A DNA stretch of 64,000 nucleotides, taken from contig CAWGZX010000005.1 in the NCBI GenBank assembly GCA_963827135.1, positions 392,176 to 456,175 on the forward strand, in the 5' to 3' direction. The DNA comes from Methanomassiliicoccaceae archaeon (GTDB lineage: Archaea > Thermoplasmatota > Thermoplasmata > Methanomassiliicoccales > UBA472). The position numbers were made by a program, and so were the translations under genes. The notes under the pieces are model-generated. The model did no database searches. It saw nothing but the letters and a program-made list of their open reading frames with translations, and had not been told where the DNA came from. How positions within the stretch are numbered: position 1 is the stretch's first letter; each line of letters starts with the position of its first letter. Below are positions 17,667-27,395 of the stretch, piece by piece.

Positions 17667-18632
17667 TCACGCCTGCTTGCTAGCAAGGATCGTGTCTGAT
17701 AAATTGCTATCTTTGCAGACGACCATCTTAGGGCCGACCATTGAGCCGGACACGATGCAGTTGGGCTCAAGGATCGCGCCTTTCATGATCAATGAGTTGG
17801 AGACCTGACATCCTTCGGATATGACCACGCCGGGCTCGATGCACGCGAAGGGGCCTATCTTCGCATTCCTGATGGAGCTGGAGCGGATAAGATTGGGAGG
17901 CTCTAGGGTGCAGCCTTCGCATGGGGCTGGGGGCGAGGCGGGCTCCAGTTGCAGGAGCTTGGCCTGAGCCGCCAGGAAGCTCTCCCTCGTGCCACAGTCC
18001 ATCCAATGGCCTGCGAATCTATGGCCGAATAGGCCGTAGTCGAGGATGTTGGGGAACACCTCCCTCTCGATGGAAACTTGGCCTTTGCCGATGTAGTCCA
18101 GTATCTCTGGTTCGAAGACATAGTAACCGGCGTTGATGAGATCGGACCTCGCCTCCTCCCTCTTGGGTTTTTCCTGGAAGTTGATGATCCTGCAGGCCTT
18201 GTCCAATTCCACCACACCGAATGCGCTGGGGTCCTCCACCTGCCACAGGGCTATGGTGCCTATGCCACCCTGCTCGCGGTGCGCCTTCACCAGGGCACGG
18301 AGGTCCAGGGAGGAAATGCAGTCGCCGTTCATGGCGATGAACGTCTCATCCAGATACTGGGCCACGTTCTTGATGGCCCCACCGGTCCCGAGCGGCGTGG
18401 GCTCGTGGACCACCACTACCTTGCGCCCGCATGGCTGCGAATGGAAATGCTCCTCGAGGGCTTCCTTCATGTAGCTGACCGCCAGAACAACGGTGTCCAC
18501 GCTCTGGGGCAGGGACTCGATCATGCGGACGATGAGGGGCTTGCCCACAAGTGGCACTAAGGGCTTTGGTATGGAATACGTCAATGGTCGGAGCCGGGTG
18601 CCGAACCCGCCTGCGAGGATGACCGCCTTCAT
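17667..18632 (-). CDS. sugar-1-phosphate nucleotidylyltransferase with short C-terminal left-handed beta-helix
   Basis: MKAVILAGGFGTRLRPLTYSIPKPL N-terminus with hexapeptide repeats at the C-terminus. Confidence 0.8.
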   Translation of the reverse strand: MKAVILAGGFGTRLRPLTYSIPKPLVPLVGKPLIVRMIESLPQSVDTVVLAVSYMKEALEEHFHSQPCGRKVVVVHEPTPLGTGGAIKNVAQYLDETFIAMNGDCISSLDLRALVKAHREQGGIGTIALWQVEDPSAFGVVELDKACRIINFQEKPKREEARSDLINAGYYVFEPEILDYIGKGQVSIEREVFPNILDYGLFGHRFAGHWMDCGTRESFLAAQAKLLQLEPASPPAPCEGCTLEPPNLIRSSSIRNAKIGPFACIEPGVVISEGCQVSNSLIMKGAILEPNCIVSGSMVGPKMVVCKDSNLSDTILASKQA

Positions 18633-18676
18633 GCCAATCTTATCTTAGGCAACAGCCCATTTTTTAAAATTATGTC

Positions 18677-18892
18677 TCAAAGTGGTGAGATGCTCACCAC
18701 GTTGTTGCCGCGAAGGATAACGACGCCCAATCGCCTGGTCTGCTCCGCGGTCCTTTCCTCTGTCTCCTCGAGCACCATGTTCATGTACTCATCGTAGCCA
18801 GTAAGCTTACCCTCAAGGACACGGTTGTCCTTCAAGAGCAGGGTGATCTTCTTATTCATAGACTTCTCGAGCAAAGCCAAAGGCATTACCAT
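18677..18892 (-). CDS. archaeal Sm-like (LSm/SmAP) protein
   Basis: 71 aa with Sm1/Sm2 motifs (LKDNRVLEGKLTGYDEYMNMVL ... VILRGNNVVSI). Confidence 0.9.
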   Translation of the reverse strand: MVMPLALLEKSMNKKITLLLKDNRVLEGKLTGYDEYMNMVLEETEERTAEQTRRLGVVILRGNNVVSISPL

Positions 18893-18927
18893 GCGTAATC
18901 ACTCAGTCTGGGAATATTGGCTAGGGG

Positions 18928-18934
18928 TTTAAAA
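18928..18934 (-). promoter_or_regulatory. TATA-like element upstream of the Sm gene
   Basis: GGTTTAAAACC palindrome lies 36-42 nt upstream of ATG 18892. Confidence 0.35.
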
Positions 18935-19087
18935 CCTTTCGCGCTCGGATTCACGGTCTTGCATGCCTCGGTCTGTCAGTTTGCTTTATTACCACAAATA
19001 TGCCCGCCAACCATCCTTCCGTCATTGGTTCTTGCGATGTTGTGACCCAGTGCAGGCTGCGCCGCCCAGGTAAGGATATTTAGGCAG

Positions 19088-20614
19088 ATGGGCATCTGGT
19101 TGCAGATGATAGGCCGAAAGTCGTTGCTGATCGTCTATAGCAAGGCAATCTCGGCCTTACTAGGGTTCATCGGCCTGTACCTGATCACCCGCTATTTCCC
19201 CAGTAGCACCTATGGTCAGATCGCCTACACTATGTCCTTGGTGGCGCTGTTCGCTTCCTTTGCGGACCTTGGCTTCGCGACCGCCTACATAAAACGCGTT
19301 AACGAAGGCAAGGATCCCAGCGACTGCCTGTCCAGCTATCTGGTGGTCAAACTGCTGCTGTTGGCAGCGATGGTGACGGCGATCTTCATCAGCTTTTGGA
19401 CCTGGACCGTGGTGATGGACCGTCCGCTGAACGACACCGATGTCCAACTCATCGTCCTCTTCACCTTGTATTTCGTGCTGTACAACATAGCCACGGTGGC
19501 CACGGCGACCTTCGATGCCAGCATGAAGACGGCGAAGACCCAGATATCATTAATCGCGGAGATGCTAGTGCGGGTCCCGTTGATATTCTTCTTCGCCATC
19601 CCGGCCGATAACGTCTACGCATTAGCCTGGACCTATGTCATCGGAGGCTTGGCGGTGGCCATTGTGAGCATTCTGCTCCTTTCCAGGGAAGGCTTGAGGC
19701 TTAAGCGTCCGACGCTGATAAGATACATGGCTGTCTTCGCCATGCCTCTGGCAATCACGGTAGTCCTAGGAACTATCATAGGTAACATCGACAAGGTCAC
19801 GCTTGGGTTCTTCTGGAACTCGGCCGAGGTGGCTAACTACGCTGCTGGTCAGTCCATCCTCAACATGCTGTACGTTTTCGGGGCGGCGCTAAGCACCTTG
19901 ATGTTCCCGACTTTCGCGAGGCTCTATGAGCAAGGCGAGAAGCGGTCCATACAGGAGATGGTGCGAAGGGGGGAGAGATACCTATCTTACATCATAACCC
20001 CAATAATCTGCGTCTTCCTCGTTTTCCCAATGCTAATCGCCACCGTGCTACTTGGTCCTAATTATACGGCATCTGCAGAGGTGATGCAGGTGCTTTGCCT
20101 GAACATCCTAATTCTCTCTCTAGGTGGCGTCTATATGACCCAGATTGTGGCCATGAACCGCGCTAAGGAGCTAGTATGGGTAAGCGGAATTCAGCTGGGG
20201 CTGCTCCTCATCTTCATCATTATCTTCGTCCCCACATCCTTCTTCCAGGTCCAAATGCTGGGCCTGATGGCTGTGGGCACAGCCCTGGCGGTCGTTTTAG
20301 CATCGTTGATCGTGGTGATTATTTACAGGACAATGATCTGGAGGATGGTCGGCCTTGGTTACAACCATTCCATGTCATTCCATCTCATCGCCGCGCTGCT
20401 CAGTATCGGGGCCCTATTAGCCATAGAGATAGTCTATCAGCCCACACGGTGGTACGACCTTTTCCTCACTTGGATGGCGTCGGCAGGGGTCTTCTATCTG
20501 TCACTGTACCTATTAAGAGAGTTGAAGGACGCGGACATCCGTTACTTCCTTGATGTGCTGAACCCTAAAGAGATGTGGGGCTATCTCAAGTTGGAGTTCG
20601 GAAAGAAACCCTGA
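19088..20614 (+). CDS. MOP-superfamily polysaccharide/oligosaccharide flippase (Wzx-like)
   Basis: 508-aa polytopic membrane protein (~14 TM) with a Polysacc_synt-like pattern. Confidence 0.75.
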   Translation: MGIWLQMIGRKSLLIVYSKAISALLGFIGLYLITRYFPSSTYGQIAYTMSLVALFASFADLGFATAYIKRVNEGKDPSDCLSSYLVVKLLLLAAMVTAIFISFWTWTVVMDRPLNDTDVQLIVLFTLYFVLYNIATVATATFDASMKTAKTQISLIAEMLVRVPLIFFFAIPADNVYALAWTYVIGGLAVAIVSILLLSREGLRLKRPTLIRYMAVFAMPLAITVVLGTIIGNIDKVTLGFFWNSAEVANYAAGQSILNMLYVFGAALSTLMFPTFARLYEQGEKRSIQEMVRRGERYLSYIITPIICVFLVFPMLIATVLLGPNYTASAEVMQVLCLNILILSLGGVYMTQIVAMNRAKELVWVSGIQLGLLLIFIIIFVPTSFFQVQMLGLMAVGTALAVVLASLIVVIIYRTMIWRMVGLGYNHSMSFHLIAALLSIGALLAIEIVYQPTRWYDLFLTWMASAGVFYLSLYLLRELKDADIRYFLDVLNPKEMWGYLKLEFGKKP

Positions 20615-20617
20615 AGC

Positions 20618-21121
20618 TCATCTTGAGACCTGCGACTCCATCCAGCGCTTGATGTCCTCCTTCCTCGAGGAAGGTATGCCGAAGTACTCGGGGAACTTCT
20701 TGCTCGTGGACAGCAGCAACGTCTGGCCCTGCTTCTTGGCGCTCACCAGGCCGGCGGAGCGGAGCACGCGCACATGCTCGTACACCTCCGAGCCCAGCGC
20801 CTCTGCCAGCTCGCTCTGCCTTATCGGCTGGTTGTAGGCGATGTAGGCGGCGGTCTTCAGCACCTCCTTGGGCACCTCGACCTCTGCGAATGGCATTCCA
20901 TATCCGACGAGGTCCTTCCTCAGCTGCATCGAGTACCTGATCCCTATCTTCACGACCTCGATGGCCGATCCGCGCCCCTCGTACTCCTTCATTAGCTTGG
21001 CCAAAGCCCTGCGGATAACGTCATCGGAGAGCTGCGATGCTGCCTCGATCTCGGCCATGCGCAGCGGCTTCGAGGATGCGAAGAGCACCGCCTCCACGAT
21101 CCTTAGAGGGTCCTGCTCCAC
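20618..21121 (-). CDS. scpB: segregation and condensation protein B
   Basis: RIVEAVLFASSKPLRMAEI N-terminus with tandem winged-helix layout, downstream of scpA. Confidence 0.8.
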   Translation of the reverse strand: MEQDPLRIVEAVLFASSKPLRMAEIEAASQLSDDVIRRALAKLMKEYEGRGSAIEVVKIGIRYSMQLRKDLVGYGMPFAEVEVPKEVLKTAAYIAYNQPIRQSELAEALGSEVYEHVRVLRSAGLVSAKKQGQTLLLSTSKKFPEYFGIPSSRKEDIKRWMESQVSR

Positions 21122-21122
21122 C

Positions 21123-22025
21123 TCACATCACCGCGCTCTGGTGGGGCAGCTTGGCCGCCGCCTGGGCGTCCTCCAGCAGGCCGATGTCCCAGGGTATCTT
21201 GATCTCCAGGAATATCTGGCCGTAGGGAAGGTCGTCCTGCCATAGCGATACCTTGCCGTTGCGGGCAAGGAACAGCAATGAGATGAACACCGTGACCCGG
21301 TCCTCCTTATCGCCGACGAAGATGTCGTCGATCGGCACCGGCCCGTTGCCGCACTTCATGATCCTGGTCCAGACCTGCTCGACGTCCTTCTCCAGGTCCT
21401 CGGCGTGGTTCTTGGGATCGAACTTCTGCTCCGAGGCGGCGATGGCGTCGCGCATGATCTGCCTCTGTTCGCGCAGCTCGGCCTCCTCGCGCGCGTCCTC
21501 GAACGCGTCCAACAGCTCGACCAAGCTGACCGGCCTCTGCTGCTGGTGCCGGATCGCCTCGCATAGGTCGATGCTCTCCGGGACGTCGGCTTGCACCCGG
21601 CTGGCCGGTCCGTCGACGAAGCAGTCGTCGATGACATCGAAGTCCCAATCGGAGCAGAACATCTGCTGCTGTTCCTGGCTGGCGGCGAGGACCTCCTCGC
21701 TCTGCATCTTGAGGATGCTCCAGGCCATGAACACCAGCTTCCCGGCGACGATGAAGTTCACTTCCGATCCCTTCATCCGCCTCAGGTAGAGGTCCGTGAA
21801 CGAGACCAGGTTTATGTCCCAAGGGTCGAAGTTGTTGTTGAGGACCAGGTCGAAGACGAGCTGCATGGACCTGTCCACCGGGTCCTTGGTGATCACGTCC
21901 TGCTCGCTCTGGAACTGCCGGGCGATTCCCAGATAGCGGTCGAGCTTCATATGCGCCTCGTCCTCCGATATGAGGGCCTTATGGAACATCAGGTGGCCGA
22001 GGACGTTGTCGAGACCTTGGTTCAT
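21123..22025 (-). CDS. scpA: segregation and condensation protein A (kleisin)
   Basis: DPWDINLVSFTDLYLRRM motif. Overlaps the smc stop by 4 nt. Confidence 0.75.
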   Translation of the reverse strand: MNQGLDNVLGHLMFHKALISEDEAHMKLDRYLGIARQFQSEQDVITKDPVDRSMQLVFDLVLNNNFDPWDINLVSFTDLYLRRMKGSEVNFIVAGKLVFMAWSILKMQSEEVLAASQEQQQMFCSDWDFDVIDDCFVDGPASRVQADVPESIDLCEAIRHQQQRPVSLVELLDAFEDAREEAELREQRQIMRDAIAASEQKFDPKNHAEDLEKDVEQVWTRIMKCGNGPVPIDDIFVGDKEDRVTVFISLLFLARNGKVSLWQDDLPYGQIFLEIKIPWDIGLLEDAQAAAKLPHQSAVM

Positions 22026-25000
22026 GCCTCTCCCCCCGCCTTCTCCTCAGGGATGTGCAGCTCTTCCTGCAGGTCCTTGATGTCGCCGATGTTGGGGCGC
22101 ATGATAACGTTGGTGATGCCGGCCTCGCCCTTGGTGACTCCGACGATGTGGTCGGCCTTGCTCAGGGTGACCTTCCTCAGCGAGATCATCACGAACTGCG
22201 CTGTCTTGGACGACTTCTGCACCCGGTGGGCGACCATATCGGCGTTCACAGCATCCAAGAACATGTCCACCTCGTCCAGCAGATAGAAGGGCGAGGGTTG
22301 GTGCTGCTGCAGGGCGAAGATGAACGCCAGCGCGGCCAGGGACTTCTCTCCTCCGCTCAAGGCGTCCAGTCGCAGGACCTTCCCGTTGCGGGGGCGCACC
22401 TTCATGATCAGGCCTCCCTCGAACGGCTGCTCCGGGTTCTCGAGGACCAGCTCGGCCTCGCCACCGCTGGAGAGTTCTGCATAAGTGACCTTGAAGTTCT
22501 CGTTGATGGCCACGAACACCTTGGAAAGGGCTTCCTTCTTCCTCTCGTTCAGCTCCTTCATCAGCTTGATGAGGTCCTTGCGCTGCGCGTCCAGGCGGTC
22601 GCTCTCTCCCTTGAGCTCGTCGTGCCTGGTACGCTTATCGTCATAATCCTTTACCGCCCTCAGGTTCACCGCCCCCATGGCGTTGAGGGTGCGCTCGCAC
22701 GAGGAGATTGTGTCCTTGAGGTCCTCGAGGGTGGGCAACGGGTATTGGACCACCACGGTGTAGGTGGCGATCTCCGCCTCCACCTCCTTGAGGCGGTCCT
22801 CGGCGGCGCGCTGCTTGGTCACCATCCCGATGCTGATATCGCCCGAGGTCTCGATCTTGCCTTGGATCCTGTCTTTCTCGCCCTCTTGAGCGGTCTTCTG
22901 GCGGAACAGGTCGTCGCGCTTGTCCCTCAAGCCCTTCATCTCCTTCCCCATCGACTCCTCGACCTTCCTCATGCCGTTGAGCTCGACGTTGAGCCGGGAA
23001 TCGGACTCCTGCGAAACCTTGATCGCTTTCTTCAGGCGCGCTGCCTTGTCGTGAAGCTCGGATTCCTCATTGACCAGATCGGAGTGCTTCTCCTTGACCA
23101 TCGAGAGCTGAGCGGAGGATGTCTCCTTTCCGGCCTTGAGGTCGGCGACCTTGCTCGCCAGCTCGGTTATCTCGGACTGCAATGAGCTTAGCTTGTTGGA
23201 GAGCTCCTTCGGGGCGATCTCCGTGATACGCTTGCGGCCGGAGTCGCGCTCCCCCTTGCCCTTCTCCCATCTGGATGTGATATCTGTGAGCTTGACGATG
23301 GTGGCTTGGAGCGACTTCTCGACCTCGACCCTTTCCGCCTGGCGCTTCCTCAGCTCCTCATCGGTCTGCGAGAGCCTGGTCTTGACCTCCTTCCTCCTCT
23401 CCTCCAGGGCGGCGATCTTGACGTTGTTGGTGGAGCCTGAGTTGTTGGTGTCCCTCAAGGAGGACTCGACGGCGATCAGATCGGCGCGGACCTTGCGTAG
23501 CTCCTCTTGCACCTTCTCCGCGTGCTCGGTGGTCTTCCTCAGCTCCTCGCCCAGCTCGTCGAGCTTGTTCTTGGCTGTTCCGAACTTGAGCTGGGAGGAC
23601 TCGACCGTCCCACCGACCATGGCGCCGGATGACTCGATGAGCTCTCCTCCAAGCGTGACCAACCTAACTCCGCCCATCAGCCTTCTCGCCTTGTCCAGGG
23701 TGTCCACGACCACCGTGTCCCCGAACACGTACCAGAAAGCGGCGCGGTACTTCTCGTCGAATCGTATGAGGTCGATGGCATAGCCCTCCGACTCCTTCTC
23801 GGCGAGGATGGACTTGCCGCGGGGCTTGCCGTCGAGCATCTTGTTGAGGGGTAGGAACGTCGCCCGCCCCAAGCCGTTCCTCTTGAGGTACTGGATCGCG
23901 GTGGCCGCCATTTCATCGTCATCCACCACGATCGACTGCATCCTGTTCCCTGCGGAGACGTTGAGGGCGACCTCGTATTTGGGGTCGACCTCGGCCAGCT
24001 CGGCTATTGTGCCGTGTATGCCTTTGAGCTCACGGCGGTCCCTCGCTTCGAGCAAAGAGCGGACGGCGCGGTTGTAGCCCTTCGCCACTGATTCAGCGGC
24101 CTCCGTCTCTGCCTTGAGCTGGCTGTACTCCCTAGTCAGGCGGCGTATCGCTTGCTCCAGGTCTTCGGCCTGACGGCTCAACTTCCCTTCCAGGTTCTTC
24201 TTCTGGAAGAGCTCCTCCTGAAGAGCCTTCAGCTCGTGAGTGGAATCCTTGTCGGCGGAGCGGAGCCCCTTGATGTTGAAGTCCGCGTCGGTGACCTCGA
24301 ACTCGAGAGTCTTCCTCCCTTCCTCGAGGTTCGATATGTCCTGTTCCAACCGCTCCTTCTTGTCCTGCAGCCGGTCCTTCTCTAAGACCAGAGAGTTCCG
24401 CTCCTCTTCCAGCTTGCGGACCAGCTCGTCGAGAGAGGTGACCTTCTTGTCCAGGTCTCCCAGCTCCTGATCGTGGTGAGAGACCTTCTTTTGCACCTCC
24501 GCCAGGTCTTTCTTCTTCTTGTCTAGATTTGTAAGCTGTTGCAGGTATTCGACCTCTGTCGTCTTCAGTGAGCTTGACAGTTGATCGATCTGCTTGGTGA
24601 GGTCGACCTTCTCCTCTTCGAAGGAGCTGAGGAGCGTGGTCAGCTCCTCGAGGTCGTCCTGTGCCCTCTTCCCCTGCTCCTGCGTCCTGGCGATGTCGAT
24701 CTTGACGGCATCCATCCGGTCCTTGAGTTCCTTGAACTCGTTGCCGCCCCTGCGCTCAATATCCTTCTCTGCGGCCTCGATCTTCGCCTGCAGGTCCTTG
24801 ATCCTGTCCGAGCATTCGACCTTCTTGACCTTCAGACCCTCGATCTCGCGCTCATATGCCAGCATCTGCTTCTTGATGGAATCGATCTCGGTGAGGGTCG
24901 ACTCTCTGCGCTTGTGGGCCATCTGGGCTTTGGCCATGTTGAGCTTGTCCTTCGCCTCCAGATACTTGAGGGCGGAGGTGCGCTCTTCCTCCAGCTGTCT

Positions 25001-25711
25001 GATCTGCTTGTTGAGCTCATCGAGGATTATGCTGATGCGTTCGATGTTCTCCTCGGCCACCTTGCGCTCCGCCTCGGCCTTGCATATCTCCTCGTCGTAC
25101 TTGGTGATGCCAGACATGTCGTCCAATATTCTACGGCGGTCCACGGAGGACATGGTGACTATGCGGGTCACATCGCCTTGCTGGACGAGGTTGTAACCTT
25201 CGGCGGAGATGCGCGCGTTCTGCAATAGGAAGTCGAACTCGCTAAGGGATGACTTGCGGTCGTTGACATAGAAATAGGAATTGTAACCGTCAGAGCTCTC
25301 CGAGAGCTTGACGTGCCTTGTCAGACGAACGATATCAGAATCGATAGGGATGGTCCGGTCGTGGTTGTCGAAGACCAGGGAGACCTTGCAGTGATCGGAA
25401 GGCTGCTTGCTTGGACCTCCGTTGAAGATTAAATCAGTGAGCTTGGCTGCCCTAAGCGCTTTGGAGCTCTTCGGCCCTAAGACGAAGAGGATGGCGTCAG
25501 AGATGTTGCTCTTGCCAGACCCATTGGGGCCTGTGACAGCGGTGAAGCCCTCCAGGAAGGGTACGGTCATCTTCTTGCCAAACGACTTGAAGTTCTCCAG
25601 CTCGAGCTGTTTTAGGTACATGCGCGACCTCCCGTTGAGAGGGTCGAATAGAACGGGTCCTCCACGTGGAGAGAGACCCCTGTCTGCAATCCCATCCCTC
25701 GAGTCCGACAT
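22022..25711 (-). CDS. smc: chromosome segregation ATPase SMC
   Basis: Walker A GPNGSGKSN, long coiled coils, a hinge, signature LSGGEKSLAALAFIFAL and Walker B FYLLDEVD. The canonical N-terminus MYLKQLELENFKSF begins at 25621. ATG 25711 would add 30 atypical residues but fits the TATA spacing. Confidence 0.9.
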   Translation of the reverse strand: MSDSRDGIADRGLSPRGGPVLFDPLNGRSRMYLKQLELENFKSFGKKMTVPFLEGFTAVTGPNGSGKSNISDAILFVLGPKSSKALRAAKLTDLIFNGGPSKQPSDHCKVSLVFDNHDRTIPIDSDIVRLTRHVKLSESSDGYNSYFYVNDRKSSLSEFDFLLQNARISAEGYNLVQQGDVTRIVTMSSVDRRRILDDMSGITKYDEEICKAEAERKVAEENIERISIILDELNKQIRQLEEERTSALKYLEAKDKLNMAKAQMAHKRRESTLTEIDSIKKQMLAYEREIEGLKVKKVECSDRIKDLQAKIEAAEKDIERRGGNEFKELKDRMDAVKIDIARTQEQGKRAQDDLEELTTLLSSFEEEKVDLTKQIDQLSSSLKTTEVEYLQQLTNLDKKKKDLAEVQKKVSHHDQELGDLDKKVTSLDELVRKLEEERNSLVLEKDRLQDKKERLEQDISNLEEGRKTLEFEVTDADFNIKGLRSADKDSTHELKALQEELFQKKNLEGKLSRQAEDLEQAIRRLTREYSQLKAETEAAESVAKGYNRAVRSLLEARDRRELKGIHGTIAELAEVDPKYEVALNVSAGNRMQSIVVDDDEMAATAIQYLKRNGLGRATFLPLNKMLDGKPRGKSILAEKESEGYAIDLIRFDEKYRAAFWYVFGDTVVVDTLDKARRLMGGVRLVTLGGELIESSGAMVGGTVESSQLKFGTAKNKLDELGEELRKTTEHAEKVQEELRKVRADLIAVESSLRDTNNSGSTNNVKIAALEERRKEVKTRLSQTDEELRKRQAERVEVEKSLQATIVKLTDITSRWEKGKGERDSGRKRITEIAPKELSNKLSSLQSEITELASKVADLKAGKETSSAQLSMVKEKHSDLVNEESELHDKAARLKKAIKVSQESDSRLNVELNGMRKVEESMGKEMKGLRDKRDDLFRQKTAQEGEKDRIQGKIETSGDISIGMVTKQRAAEDRLKEVEAEIATYTVVVQYPLPTLEDLKDTISSCERTLNAMGAVNLRAVKDYDDKRTRHDELKGESDRLDAQRKDLIKLMKELNERKKEALSKVFVAINENFKVTYAELSSGGEAELVLENPEQPFEGGLIMKVRPRNGKVLRLDALSGGEKSLAALAFIFALQQHQPSPFYLLDEVDMFLDAVNADMVAHRVQKSSKTAQFVMISLRKVTLSKADHIVGVTKGEAGITNVIMRPNIGDIKDLQEELHIPEEKAGGEA

Positions 25712-25720
25712 GTGTCGGAC
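25703..25720. promoter_or_regulatory. perfect 8+2+8 palindrome over the first smc ATG
   Basis: GTCCGACA-TG-TGTCGGAC. The TATA-like AATATAAA at 25742-25749 lies just upstream on the minus strand. Confidence 0.3.
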
Positions 25721-25790
25721 ATTTAGAGATATTACCAGATTAATATAAATATCTTATCAAGCCAAAGCTCCATCGTAAACTATAAAATGA

Positions 25791-25822
25791 CCCAATAAAT
25801 TCCTCGCGCCCCATTTATTGGG
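25791..25822 (-). terminator. hairpin spanning the hisF-like stop codon, followed by a U-rich tract
   Basis: CCCAATAAAT / ATTTATTGGG 10-bp inverted repeat with a 12-nt loop. The minus-strand transcript continues TCATTTTATAG. Confidence 0.35.
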
Positions 25823-26579
25823 ATACCATTCTTACCGGTATGCCAGATGCGGCGAGATGTTTCTTCGCCCCCAAAGGTGTTTGCTCCGTGAAATGGTAGA
25901 TACTTGCTGCAGCGACAGCTGATGCCCCGGAGGATATTGCTTTCAACATGTCCTCATAATTTCCTGCACCACCCGAAGAGATTACTGGTATCGAAACCGC
26001 CTGAGCCACTCCTTTAATTAAACCAATATCGTATCCGCTCATGGTCCCGTCCCTATCGATTGAGGTGAGTAAAATCTCACCAGCGCCAAGTTCCTCCATC
26101 TTCCTGGCCCATTCGATGGGGTTTTTTCCTGTGGCTACTCTGCCGCTAATCTTGTAACATTCATACGAACCGTTCAAGTTCTTCTTCGCGTCGATGCTCG
26201 CGACAATGCATTGAGACCCAAATTGTCTAGCACCGTTTCTAACGATGTCAGGATTCGTGTAAGATGCTGAATTTATTGCGACCTTGTCGGCGCCACACCT
26301 AAGCAGTTTAGTGATGTGCTCTAATTTGTCCACACCTCCTCCAATGGTCATGGGGACTGAGCAACTTTCCGTGAATTCCTCGATGGATTCGAAATCTGGT
26401 GATCGGTTGTTCAATGTGGCAGAAATATCAACGAAAATGATTTCGTCAACCTGTCTTAGGGTGTAGACCCTTATTGATGGTAAAACAGCGCCGACCCTCC
26501 GCCAACTATCAAAACTTACGCCCTTGACAAGGCCGAAATCCTTCCACAACATCGTCGGAATGACCCTCGTTTTCAGCAT
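25815..26579 (-). CDS. HisF-like cyclase subunit of a glycosyl-amidation system (WbuZ-like), copy 1
   Basis: 254-aa TIM-barrel HisF pattern (RVIPTML..., GADKVAINS, GAGEILLTSIDRDGT, SGGAG), in a glycan locus rather than a his operon. Confidence 0.8.
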   Translation of the reverse strand: MLKTRVIPTMLWKDFGLVKGVSFDSWRRVGAVLPSIRVYTLRQVDEIIFVDISATLNNRSPDFESIEEFTESCSVPMTIGGGVDKLEHITKLLRCGADKVAINSASYTNPDIVRNGARQFGSQCIVASIDAKKNLNGSYECYKISGRVATGKNPIEWARKMEELGAGEILLTSIDRDGTMSGYDIGLIKGVAQAVSIPVISSGGAGNYEDMLKAISSGASAVAAASIYHFTEQTPLGAKKHLAASGIPVRMVSQ

Positions 26580-26595
26580 GCCTTGATTTCTCCTG

Positions 26596-27222
26596 CTATA
26601 AATTCAGAAAATTCCTTAAGAGGCGATAACCCAAAGGTCCACTCTTTTCAGGATGGAATTGCACCCCCCATGTATTTCCGTTCCTTACCGCCGTTACAGT
26701 CCTTCCACAAAAATCTGTAGTACCAACGATGTGGGAGGAATTCGCGGGAATTAGGCAATAACTATGGACGAAGTAGAAGTCGGAGTGATTGGGGATGCCT
26801 AAAAAGAGCTCGCCGTTCGTCGTTAAATTCACATCATTCCAACCCATATGGGGAATTCTCTCTTCAGACGTAGTTGGTTCAAGCCGTTTAACCTCGCCGG
26901 GAATTATCGCCAGGCCCTCACTTGTACCTCCCTCATTGCCATTGCTAGATAGCAATTGCATTCCCAAGCAGATTCCCAGGATCGGTCGTTCGTCTTCGAG
27001 GCTCACCTTTCGGATAATATCGAATAAACCCCTGGCCCTAAGGTTCTTAGCGCCATCAGCATAAGACCCAACCCCCGGGATAATCAGTCTCTGCGCTGAT
27101 GTGATATCTCTTACATCATTGGATATTACAACGTTGCCGCCAACTTCGTTCAAAGCGCGGTGCAATGATTTGAGATTCCCCATACCATAATCGACGATTG
27201 TCACGGATTTCATTGAGTCCAT
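26596..27222 (-). CDS. HisH-like glutamine amidotransferase subunit (WbuY-like), copy 1
   Basis: IVDYGMGNLKSL..., nucleophile context GICLGMQLL, and the C-terminal His/Glu of a class I GATase (VQFHPEKS). Confidence 0.8.
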   Translation of the reverse strand: MDSMKSVTIVDYGMGNLKSLHRALNEVGGNVVISNDVRDITSAQRLIIPGVGSYADGAKNLRARGLFDIIRKVSLEDERPILGICLGMQLLSSNGNEGGTSEGLAIIPGEVKRLEPTTSEERIPHMGWNDVNLTTNGELFLGIPNHSDFYFVHSYCLIPANSSHIVGTTDFCGRTVTAVRNGNTWGVQFHPEKSGPLGYRLLRNFLNL

Positions 27223-27395
27223 CTTCCATCATTATTAGATTTTGCAGCATTTGAAGACCTGTATTTTAATGTCCGGTCCAAGATTTTGACTTGATTGAAT
27301 CGCCTATCTGGGAACATCATCAACTTTCTCATCTTCTGCATATCTAAGTTTGGTGAGGTTTCCTTTTATGTCTTTGATAAGATTCTTGTTTGCAT

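Noticed and set aside
22055-23185. Long antisense ORFs opposite smc, xpd (47996-48958), serA (51408-52316), the oxidoreductase (55087-55731) and the aminotransferase (56203-57234)
   Set aside because: All lie opposite strongly supported genes and have repetitive Leu/Gly/Asp/His-rich composition. They are GC-driven shadow ORFs.
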